This document shows, in pieces, positions 1 through 10,265 of a stretch of DNA of 64,000 bases. Positions within the stretch are counted from its first letter, which is position 1, and every line of letters starts with the position of its first letter. The notes below the pieces were generated by a model. The model was given only the letters and a program-made list of their open reading frames with translations, ran no database searches and was not told the origin of the DNA. The translations under genes and the position numbers were made by a program. Source of the DNA: Schizochytrium sp. TIO01 (Eukaryota > Protista > Bigyra: Labyrinthulomycetes). The stretch is taken from positions 1,359,648 through 1,423,647 of the forward strand of contig SMSO01000014.1 in assembly GCA_004764695.1 (NCBI GenBank). The letters are read 5' to 3'.

Positions 1-81
1 AGGTATTCGTGATTTTTTTGTTTATTGGGTTTTTTGTTTATTGGTTTGTTTTAAATTAAAATTAACTTTAAGCGCGCCGTG

Positions 82-183
82 GAATTTGAATTTGAATTTG
101 AATTTGAATTTGAATTTGAATTTGATTTTGAATTTGATTTTGAATTTGATTTTGAATTTGATTTTGAATTTGATTTTGAATTT
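82..183. repeat. Compound microsatellite (GAATTT)7(GATTTTGAATTT)5
   Basis: Read directly: seven hexamers (82-123), then five dodecamers (124-183). Confidence 0.95.
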
Positions 184-1100
184 GTGGGTTCTGAAGAGTT
201 GAAGAGGATCTAATTAACATTTGAGGGACCTGAGATGCCCTGGTTGCGGGCACGACGTGGACAAAGGCTCAGAGCCGGACTCCGCTAGACCTCCAAGAAT
301 CCAAGAAGTCTCTGATCTGTTTGGTGTTCCGATGTGCCTTGGAGTTTTAGAAGAAAGCGACTTGCCAAGAACATGCCGGCCACAGGCCCGGACATGCTAA
401 TATCTCGGGCCGTCTCCTCGCTTGTGGAGGAGCTGCTGTGGATTGCTGCTGGTTCTGGCAGACTGCGATGAGACCTGCGCTAGTCCACGCCCCCAGCAAT
501 GTGGCACTAGTCAAGACGCATCGCCAGAGGTATGGTCGCCAGAGACAATGCAGGTATTCCTCAAGAAAACGAAGCTTGAGATGCTCGTTTCAAACTTCTT
601 TCCCGTGTTCTACATTCAAAGCTATCAGCCCCGCCTATTGAAAGGCTTCTTTCTGGCTTGAGCATTTGAGTTGAGCCTCTGCACAAAGATTAAAGCACAT
701 TCTCCACCTTGGTCCATGTGCTGCTGCAGTCGAAGCGACGGTGAAAGAAGCATGAAAGCGGTTGCTCCAGCTCTCTATTCAGCTCTTCAGCTCTAGTTAG
801 AGAATCCAAAACAGACATGTGCCTGAGCCTTAGCCCTTTGCAAATAGCGCGACCTGGATATACACCGTCTCAGGAAACCCAACAGGCAAGCAAGTTGATC
901 TCGAGCTTGGCCTACTAGTGCGACTGACTTCCAGAATGGCCAGACCTGGCCTTTTCCTTTTAGTTGCTCATGCCTGTGTCTCTGCGACAATATTGCCTCC
1001 ACATTCAGAAAGGAACGGGCTAAATACCCGCCCTCTCAATCGGAGGGTATGTAAAGTAAAGATTCACTCAGAGCTCCAGCGAAAGTGCATGGGCTCAAAT
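82..1100 (-). mobile_element. Possible decayed 3' end of a non-LTR retrotransposon (LINE-like ORF2 C-terminus) with microsatellite tail
   Basis: Minus-strand fragments broken by stops and frameshifts read QVWPFWKSV (~928-948), HRRFDCSSTW (714-743; H-x2-F-D-C-x3-W as in LINE C-terminal zinc-knuckle regions) and LRFLEEYLHCLW. The (TTCAAA)n tail lies at the 3' end. No RT domain or target-site duplication seen. Confidence 0.4.
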
Positions 1101-4100
1101 TGTATGGTTGAAAGTTAGTACACAAAAAAAGGACAGCTAGCTATCTTCAACTCCCACGTTGGGCGCATACGATGATGCCTACGAAGTCTAACAGTGTAGC
1201 TGGTGAAACCTCTTGCGGACCGGCTTTCGAGGCAAGCTTACGCCCAGAGTCCCGAAGGTCTTTCTTGGGGCGAGCTGGGCGCACCATTCTTCCTTTATAA
1301 GTCCCTTCTTTCAGGTTTTCTCTCCTTCAGATTCTTTTGTTTCTTTCGCACGTGGCCAAACACATCTCAGGCTGGAAAGTTGGGAACGAGTCTAGATCTC
1401 GAGCTTTTCGTTGCTGGGTAGCTAGTCCCGAAGCGACCCGAAGCGACCAAGCGTATAGCGCACCCCCGCGTGCGCAAAGCAATGGCACGGACATGCTTGA
1501 TCTTGAAGATACTCTTGGCCGAAGAACTCGAGAGCCCTTGTCGGCGGCGTGGACTTGAAACTACAAAAATTATCACGGCATGCTAGGGTGAAAGTAGACA
1601 GGTACTGTTAGCGACCCTACACTAGCAGTTCGAGTCTTTCTTTGCCCAATCTGCGTGGACAAAGGCTGGACCATTTGTACTCAAGCGAGAGGTACGATTC
1701 TTGCACCCAGCCTGACTCAAATGAGATGGAATGCTGCGAACGTAAAACTTGAAAAGTGCCTGCGATACCGAGCATGCAAGACTCCACGCTGCAAGAACGA
1801 GACTGGATGGCTGATGCAACTCGGAGTTGGATACCAAGTTCTCGAGGCGTACATTATCATCATATCTGGTAAGTAGAGCGAAAACACCTGAGGCTATCAT
1901 GAGGCTGACCATGATACTTCAAGTTGGTATAGGGAGATAGGTGCCTGCTAAAGCACAATTGCAGTCTTACTTGAAAGCAAAGGATCTGGATAACTGAAAT
2001 GATTGGAAACGCTCCGCTTGGCCTGTCAAGGCGTCCGCAACAGACGCAAGATCCCCCCTTCGTAGGTGAAGACAACGGACGTCGCCAATATAGCTTGTTT
2101 CAAGCGAGCAGTTGACCAAGAACCTGAATGTTCGCCGCGTCTGTTAGTTCTATTCCAAGACTTGAGTGTTCTATTACGGCTCGTTCCTCGGTTGGAACAA
2201 CTTTTATTTGCTTCTCTTGTGTGATTAATTTTTAGGACTTAAATCTTTTTGCCACTAAATCTTTTCATTGTTATCATCATCTCTGGCAAAACAATAATAA
2301 TAATAATAATTTTTATTATTATTTTAATAATAAAACCGCATGGTGCGCGTGCAGCTTGTTTTTCTCTTCCCTTACTCAGCTATCTTTATCCAAATTAGAA
2401 AAAGAGAGAAATAATTTCGTGAAGCAAGAAGATTTTAGGTATTGCTTTCGAGTGGACAAAAAAGAACTGTTCCCCGCCTGAAAAATCGAGTGTTTTAAAC
2501 TTCGTTCTTTTTTTCTCATTCTTTTTGTCATTTACTTTTTTCGCTATTCCGTAGAACGATTGATTGGAGGTGCAACTAACTATTACTAGTTATCTGAAAC
2601 GGTTGTTCAAGAATGGACTTCTATATAAGTAAAATAAAGAAGGTAAAAAACAAAACATCATGGGTTAGGTTGATACTCTTTCGATTCCATAACATGATTC
2701 TCGATTATGGAATTTTTGAAATTAAATTTTAGATCTTGTTTTTCAGCTTTTATCTTCACATTACTATTTGGCGCATTTTGAAGCAAAAAGGAATAAAAGA
2801 GGATCGGCACATTTCTGGTTTCGATCTTCAAATACTATAGGCGAAAGCCTACATAAAATATTAAAACCCGATTTTAATATCCCAGAAGGACCCTTGTTCG
2901 CGCTTGTCGCTTTTGGTTTCACTCATGCTCTGTTGTTGGGTAGATTGTCACTTGTCAAAATAAAAAATTTCTCACACTTCAAGTACCCATTTACGTAACG
3001 GTTACATTCCGGGATTTACCAGCTTAAGACTATCCCGCTTCAGGCTTTCAAGTTAAGAAAGGACACCTCGCCAACACCCCAAACCTGTGCAGGCAATTGG
3101 AATGCGAGCACGCGCACGGGCCCGTGCTCGTGCCCTGATCCAGAGCAATGTTTATCTTTTCGTTTTTTATAATAGCACGTAAGGAGGTCTGTACCTAGTG
3201 CGTGCCGTTAAACTATCAAATATTCAATATGCATGTTTATATGTCATGCATTTAAACTCCTTAGCGTAACGAATCAGAAGCTATTATCTCTATCGCTCTA
3301 TCGTTTGGTTCGTCGTCATTTAGTATACCTCCAACTTAAGCCAATAATAAAAGATAGCCTATAAAGAATGGAAATTTCTCAAGTCTGCTCAACTATTTGC
3401 AAAATTGAGGTCCACGCAAGGAACAACCATTTACACTTTAGTAACATCCGAACTGAGACGCATGCGCTTCCTTCGATTAAACTGGTGTAGACAGAGGCAC
3501 AATTATCAGGGCCATCTGCAATTGCACACATCAGCCGGTAGGACACCTAAAGGAAGGAGTTACAAGTATCCATCCCTTTAAGATCACTAAGTATTACAAA
3601 CTTGCACTTTGAAAACATCATGCCAAATGAAATCACATTCCTTGAAAATACAGAATTTGAACACCGTGACGGTGGCACTGTATCATGCATACAATGCATG
3701 TGCCGAGCGTCGGCGCCATTATTGATAATAATGGATAAATTAAATATATTGTAACTTTCCCTACCGCAGCATAAAATTCTAGTTAGGGGGGTCTGCTGTC
3801 GATTACGCTTTTGGAGGTACAATCATGATAGGGGCTGTGCAGTGCATTGTCCAAACACTTCAGTTAGCCTGCTCGTTTAGCATTGTGCCTCCAAACAGAA
3901 CACCGTCTCTTACTTGGAATCATTAAAAACAAAGCTCGTCTCATTGATTTACCAAAGCCTCTATTTTATTCTTTCAAGTCAAGGTTGTTGCATATTTATT
4001 AGCTTAGTTGGAGCGAATGCATCTCAAAGGAATGGACTGCAGCAAAAGTGCACAAGTACTTTTCAATCTGTTTTCTTAAATCTAATGCCAACGATTCCAT

Positions 4101-5743
4101 TTCATTACTTAGCAGAGTAAAATGTATTCCTGAGATGTATTTGTTCTCGAGGGAATAAGTTCCATCTCTGCATTCTAATATATATGACTTCAGCTTGTAT
4201 TTTAGTCCAAGACAATTCAAATAGCAATAAATATGAGGTATTCTCCTTCAAATCTCATAACAAAAGTACCATCGCAATTACTTCTTTGAATTTAATGTGT
4301 TGCAGATTAGTCTTTTTTAAGTGTTCTTGGCTATTTTATTGATTGGCTGAAATGATCTGGAAGGGAAGGTCATTCTTTTAATGTTCTCCTTTATTCAGCT
4401 TCACTAAGCTCGCCATCTTACAATCGTTAATAAAGGCACAATGATGTATTTCTCTCTGTTCGCGGATGTCTCAAAGAATCTATAAATTAGAACCCTTAAC
4501 CAAGAATCTGGAGTGAATTGAGCCTTCGCAATGCTGAACACACGATACAACTTTAACGCACATGTGATATTCTTATATATTACCTCAGCTTAACTGGTTC
4601 ATTTAGCCTTGCTTTATACCTTAGTTTGCCCTGGCACAGAAGCAAGGCTTCATTTAATACTTTGGAGGCACTTATTCTCTTCAGGGTCGCCAACGCCTCG
4701 ATTTGATAACAAGCGCCGTATTTAAACCCCACTATGAAAAGCAAACCAACAAACGGCAATCGAACCAGATATGAAAGAATCGATCCTATTTTAACATCTA
4801 GTAGAAAAGGTCTTTCAATGCTCTAAGCCTGTCTACAACTAACCTAAACTCCTCTAACTAATCGCTTATTAATGATCTTGTTCATTCCGATTGCAATTTG
4901 TATGTCACACCTGAGTTGAGAATATATAATGGCAGCGCTTCTGTTCATTCATATTTTTGGAAAGCAAAAAAAATGAAGAATCGTGTAAGAACAGATTTTG
5001 ACAGAATTGTTGCACTTGCATTGAGCACATAAACTCTTTCTAAGCCCACCGCAAAGGTAGTTAGTTATTCATTTTGAGAATCCAAATAATTTCATTGGAG
5101 GAAGTCGATCCATGGAAAAATCAACCCACTTGGAGATCCGCAATGCCCACCCTTATTCCAGCACCGTCCTATTTTGCTCACTATGTGGTCTAGAAAGTTT
5201 TCCATTGAATATTTTATTTAATCATTTCATGCGCGGCTCTGCATTATACTCCACAACAAAAACCGCCTCGAGAAGCTCTGCAGGCATCTGTAAATAGGGA
5301 ATCCTGAAACATGTAGGTTGACTTTATTTCATATTGATATTTCGACCCTTCCTGTGATTTCAAAAGATCTCGTAGCAGGGGCGAAAAACTGACTGGCCTC
5401 AATAAAACTAGAAAGGATGCTGGATAAAATGCATAATGCTAGAGTTTAAGTCGATTTCCGGGTTGCTTTTTTATTTCTTAATACTACTCATATATCAGTA
5501 CCACGTTCTCAAAACATTAGATTTGAATTTATTGTATCAGGATCCTACTATTGGCAAGATTAAAACTACATATAAGAGGCTAACATGTTCTCTAGATAGT
5601 GAACAAGCCTACTAGTAGATATACCTACTCATAGCAATAAGATAGGGACTTATGAATCTAACGGCGGCCATGTGAATTGAGAGCACCAGCGAAAGGGAAG
5701 ATGGGATCAATCAATTCTCTTTGGCAGACACACGTTTTCCACC

Positions 5744-8422
5744 ATGAAGACTGAGCAGGACAACGTGGCTGTAGCCGCGGTGGCTGCCTTCGCGGGAGGC
5801 TCTGAATTCCGTACGGGAGGCAAGTCACGTCGCAAGTGGAGTTTACTCCTGAAAACGAAGGATCTCTATGACAGATGTCAAGAGCTCGGCTTTGAGGTGC
5901 GCAGTGCGCAGCGCGCAGAGTGCGAGGAGCTTCTGGAGGCGCATGCGGAAAAGGTTGAAGATGATTTGAATACGAAGGAATTGTGGCAATTGCGAGGCAT
6001 TTGCTTGGATTATGATCTCGGGATATTGGGCACACGCACAGACCTTAAAGAGCGCCTGATGCTGCAACTTGTTTGTGGAATCTCATCTGGCACTGTTGAA
6101 AGCTTGCTTCAAGATCTTTACGGTCTGGATGTCACTGTGAAGAAAAGGGGCAGACCCAGGCAAAACCCATTTCAAAAACGCGAAGGTGATCCACTGTTAT
6201 CACTGCCTTTGTCGGAACTGAAAAGCATTCTTACTGAGCGGGGAATCCCAATTTATGGACGCAAAAAGGATATGGTCGAAAGGTTTCGATCCGGTAAACG
6301 CAAACGAAGAGGTAGGAAGCCTACCACAAAGGATCTTATGGACTCTATTGCAGTGCGGACGGGAGATGGTCAATACGAATCAAAAAAACAACCTCGCCGA
6401 GAATATCAGCTTCCTACGAGTCATCAAAAAACAATTGACTCAAGCGACGAAGAAGATACATGTGGACACTCACAGATGAATCCTATCCAAACTAACAAAC
6501 GTCAAAAACGTCGCAACCCAAAAACTTATGCAGAAACTACTCGCGATAATCATGACGAGGATGACGAGGATCAAGATGAAGATGAAAATGAAAATGAGGC
6601 CGAAGATGGTAGTGATATTAGTGAGGAAGAGCTCGAGCGTGGGGTCGCAAGGCCCAAGATTCGGCGAACAATGCAACCACGCAAATCTAAGCCTCGCAAT
6701 TCGCTCGCAGATAGTGCATCTCATGAAAGTGATAGTGGAAAGGAAGAGGAGTTTCAGGGCTCTGACTCTGATTACGCATCAGACGATAACGATAGTGGCG
6801 AAGACCGGCAATCTAAGCACCAGAAAGGTTACTCTACATCAAAACACCGCAACGAACACAGCCGACAACCATTGAACCACGGTAAACTTGAAATAGAAGG
6901 AGAAAGTGATATGAGTGATGACTCTTGTTTTGACAACGCAAAGCCTAGACACAGTCACAAACGTGCGAAGAAGAGTGGCAATAGCTCAGCCCCTCGCAAG
7001 CACGAAAATCAAGAGAACTTTCGCCTTGTTAACAACAATGTTCAGCCCATGACAGTAATTCCTTCACGCTTAGTTGTCGATGCAAGAGATTTTATAAAGA
7101 GTGAACGTCGAAATGAGGAGGGAATCAACGACTCGCGTGAGAATAAAGTTGAGCATGTGCGTGAGCAAAATCACCATGCAATTACCGGTGTCCCTAAATC
7201 TTCTGCGAATACATCTGCAGTGCTAGAGCTCACCGAGAATCAAGCGTTTGCCGCATTTACAAGACTTTATCGCCGTCGTAAATGCACAAATATTCCTGTC
7301 GTAAGCATTGACGAGCTGCGGGAACAATTTTCGCGGCGTATTAAAGTTGCGCCTGTACAGAATGAAGAGAGCATGCTTGCGGCTGTCAATGCTCTATTTC
7401 GGCGCAAGTGCGATCCAATTTTAACGAGGCCTCCAGATGCCAGTTGGACTAAAACGGAACTTCGTGACTATTGCACAGAAAAGGGAATTTGCAATCAGAA
7501 TGATAAGACAGAGCTCTTAGAGCGCGCATTGCAAATAGCAAAGTCGCGAGCTCGCGGCCTATACACAAATTTGCAGAGTTATCAGAAACGAGCTGATGCA
7601 TGGCTTGATTATGCCCCGTTGGTACACGGTTATCCACCAGCTGATCTTCGTAGTCGTCACGAGGTCGAGCCAGTCAAACTCGATCGCTACATTGTGAGCA
7701 TGGAAAGCATCCTAGTTGATGGTATTCCTATTATGTCTGCCCCGGATCTGCAAGAGATGCACCGCCGCCAGCTTGGGTGGGCATCAACAAACAAACACGA
7801 AGCACAATCTTCAGCGTGGTATCAAGCACACATACACTTTTTCGGGCTTGAGCATTTTTTGTCCCATGAAAGATCTCCAGAAGATGCGACTAAACCTGAA
7901 CTTGCACGCGCCCTTGAGCAGGCAGTCCTATTGGGACTTTGCCTCGAGCCTTGCGCACAGGTACAACGATATCTGCTACCTTTGAAACAAGCTTTGGTTC
8001 AGCGGTACAAAGCTCGAATTGAAAAATTTGGCGCGCAGATTTCTCATCAAGAACACCCTGCACATGGATATTCTAGAAACGAGGCTCTCTATGAGTGGCG
8101 CAACGATCAACTACAAAGCTTGGGTACGCTTGCCTATGTTGATGAACAAGAAACCTCGAACACAGACTTGTCTGCATCGAAAAACCCCTTTATGTCACTT
8201 TCACAACAAAGGCCTGCGACTGCAGAGGACCTGATTGCCAAAGCGGATGCAAAGGCGGAGGAGGAAGCACTAGCCCGAGATCTTGGAGAGCTCAAGTCAG
8301 AAATAGAAATTGAGCCAGCACTCTTGTTAAATCCCCCGCGTCGTGATTCAATGGATCCTGAGGACCAAGATCTGACCCAAAGACTCTTTGAACTTCATTC
8401 ACACCTCCAAGTACAATGCTAA
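5744..8422 (+). CDS. Multi-SAP domain / AT-hook nucleic-acid-binding protein (892 aa)
   Basis: Long ORF with SAP-like motifs (LWQLRGICLDYDLGILGTRTDLKERL; LSELKSILTERGIPIYGRKKDMVERF; WTKTELRDYCTEKGICNQNDKTELLERAL), an AT-hook KRGRPR, and acidic/basic disordered linkers. Confidence 0.75.
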   Translation: MKTEQDNVAVAAVAAFAGGSEFRTGGKSRRKWSLLLKTKDLYDRCQELGFEVRSAQRAECEELLEAHAEKVEDDLNTKELWQLRGICLDYDLGILGTRTDLKERLMLQLVCGISSGTVESLLQDLYGLDVTVKKRGRPRQNPFQKREGDPLLSLPLSELKSILTERGIPIYGRKKDMVERFRSGKRKRRGRKPTTKDLMDSIAVRTGDGQYESKKQPRREYQLPTSHQKTIDSSDEEDTCGHSQMNPIQTNKRQKRRNPKTYAETTRDNHDEDDEDQDEDENENEAEDGSDISEEELERGVARPKIRRTMQPRKSKPRNSLADSASHESDSGKEEEFQGSDSDYASDDNDSGEDRQSKHQKGYSTSKHRNEHSRQPLNHGKLEIEGESDMSDDSCFDNAKPRHSHKRAKKSGNSSAPRKHENQENFRLVNNNVQPMTVIPSRLVVDARDFIKSERRNEEGINDSRENKVEHVREQNHHAITGVPKSSANTSAVLELTENQAFAAFTRLYRRRKCTNIPVVSIDELREQFSRRIKVAPVQNEESMLAAVNALFRRKCDPILTRPPDASWTKTELRDYCTEKGICNQNDKTELLERALQIAKSRARGLYTNLQSYQKRADAWLDYAPLVHGYPPADLRSRHEVEPVKLDRYIVSMESILVDGIPIMSAPDLQEMHRRQLGWASTNKHEAQSSAWYQAHIHFFGLEHFLSHERSPEDATKPELARALEQAVLLGLCLEPCAQVQRYLLPLKQALVQRYKARIEKFGAQISHQEHPAHGYSRNEALYEWRNDQLQSLGTLAYVDEQETSNTDLSASKNPFMSLSQQRPATAEDLIAKADAKAEEEALARDLGELKSEIEIEPALLLNPPRRDSMDPEDQDLTQRLFELHSHLQVQC

Positions 8423-9154
8423 TAATTAATCTACCCTTCATACCTGATATTATTCGTCTTCCTCAGACTGTTGGTGCTACCTTGGAACAAGTCACCTTCT
8501 GCTGAAAAGAAATTATGTCTTGCTCCCTCATGAAATTCAAAACCCCTTCTGTTCGATAATACTCAAATCCTCTTATTATATACCTCAAAGCTAACACCAA
8601 GATTATTGGCACCAATTTTCGAGTTTTAGGCAGCTGATTGACGCCTTTGTAGATTTAACATCGTCGCCCTTCGAATATCGTCACCATCACAAATACGATC
8701 TCTAGCTAGTGGTCATTAACGATCCTTAGTGACCATTACTACCTTATTACAGGCACTTTCAAATATAACTTGCCAATCAGGAGTACGTAGGGCTACTAAC
8801 TAGTTATCTAGCAGTAGCGCCCCGTTGGACTTTCTATCCTCGCCGTTTAGCCTCAACACAGAAACTATTCGCAAAGCCCAGATAAGGCAGGACCGAAAGC
8901 TGCGTGGAAGCACTTTCTGGCACTTGGAGAGTCGTGCAGTTGCAAGGGTCTAGTAGAGAAACCCTTAGGAACCTTGTCTGGTGACGCCAACCTGGCTGGC
9001 ATCGTCTCATTTAGAGGCCGGCAACAGACGAACGTCGTGCATACGGCGAAGCAAGAGACCTTTGCAAAGCTTGATTTGCACTTCTCGGATATTTGAACAA
9101 AGCTTTTAAATCTAACAGTCAGACACCAAGTGGACAACACTACCATTCGTCACC

Positions 9155-9826
9155 ATGAACATCTTCAGATTAGGCGGTGACATGATTCACCTTGCTAGCT
9201 TTGCTATCCTCTTCCTGAAGATGTTAAGCTCACGCTCTGTTGAGGGAGTCTCATTAAAAACTCAGGAGCTCTACCTTCTTGTATTTGTAACCCGCTACCT
9301 AGATCTGTTTATGATTCCCAAGTTTGATTTTCTGCACATCTACAATTCATGCATGAAAGTCATCTACATTGCTGCTTCAGCCACCATCGTGTACTACATT
9401 AGGAAAAAGCAACCGTGGAATGCAACCTACAAGAAGCAGGAGGACTCTTTCATGCACTGGCAGTTTGCCGTTGCTCCTTGTGCTGTGCTTGCGTTGCTCA
9501 TTCACAGTGAGTTTACCGCCATGGAGCTTCTCTGGACCTTTTCAATTTATCTTGAGGCCATCGCTATCATGCCACAGCTCATTCTTATGCAACGCTTCGG
9601 TAATATTGAGAACCTTACTGCAAACTATGTCGCTTGCCTTGGCGCCTACCGAGGATTGTACATCCTTAACTGGATCTACCGTGTTTACACGGAGGATCAC
9701 TACCATTCATCTAAAACTACCTGGATCATCTGGATCTCGGGTCTTGTGCAAACCGCTCTTTATTGCGACTTTTTTTACTACTATGCACTTTCGAAGTGGT
9801 ACAACAAGACTATGTTGCCTAAATAA
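9155..9826 (+). CDS. ERD2: ER lumen protein-retaining (KDEL/HDEL) receptor
   Basis: Diagnostic motifs MNIFRLGGDMIHL, GVSLKTQELY..VFVTRYLDLF, WTFSIYLEAIAIMPQL, LGAYRGLYILNW, SGLVQTALYCDFFYYY; 223 aa, multi-TM. Confidence 0.97.
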   Translation: MNIFRLGGDMIHLASFAILFLKMLSSRSVEGVSLKTQELYLLVFVTRYLDLFMIPKFDFLHIYNSCMKVIYIAASATIVYYIRKKQPWNATYKKQEDSFMHWQFAVAPCAVLALLIHSEFTAMELLWTFSIYLEAIAIMPQLILMQRFGNIENLTANYVACLGAYRGLYILNWIYRVYTEDHYHSSKTTWIIWISGLVQTALYCDFFYYYALSKWYNKTMLPK

Positions 9827-10265
9827 TGACCAATTCTTCATTTCTTAAAGCTTTACTTGATCACTATATTGTGTACTCACCTTCATAATAATAATCTTGC
9901 AGATCAATATTATTAAATCTCACAAATTTTTTGATAAGCGTCTGAAATTTATATTACTTTTGATTCATAAGTTTTAATGTGCAAAACAATAAACCAAACT
10001 CGAGATTCTTTGCTTTAGTAAGTTTGTTCTTAAGATTAAGGAGACGGCCTCTCTCAGTTCAGCTCCGCAAAAGAATAATTAATGCGTGTACTTTGTGTAG
10101 ATGACTCTGTTAAGGGAGAAACAAAAATGGAAAAGAAGAAGAAGAAGAAGAAGTCATTTCTAATCAAAAGCAGAAAAGAACAAAAACAAAAACGAAAAAG
10201 TTAAAGTGGAGAGCTAATCGCTTAAGATGAGTTCACGTAAGTTGTTGTACAAAGAGGTTTGAACA

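Noticed and set aside
82-183. Telomere-like or CRISPR-like array
   Set aside because: No unique spacers and no G-rich telomeric unit; non-repeat sequence lies on both sides.
68-253. 61-aa ORF with QIQN repeats
   Set aside because: Translation of the TTCAAA microsatellite; no coding evidence.
1622-2075. Possible SAP-like fragment (AKAQLQSYLKAKDL) or tRNA T-arm (GTTCGAGTC at ~1628)
   Set aside because: The peptide is too short and flanked by stops; no cloverleaf can be built.
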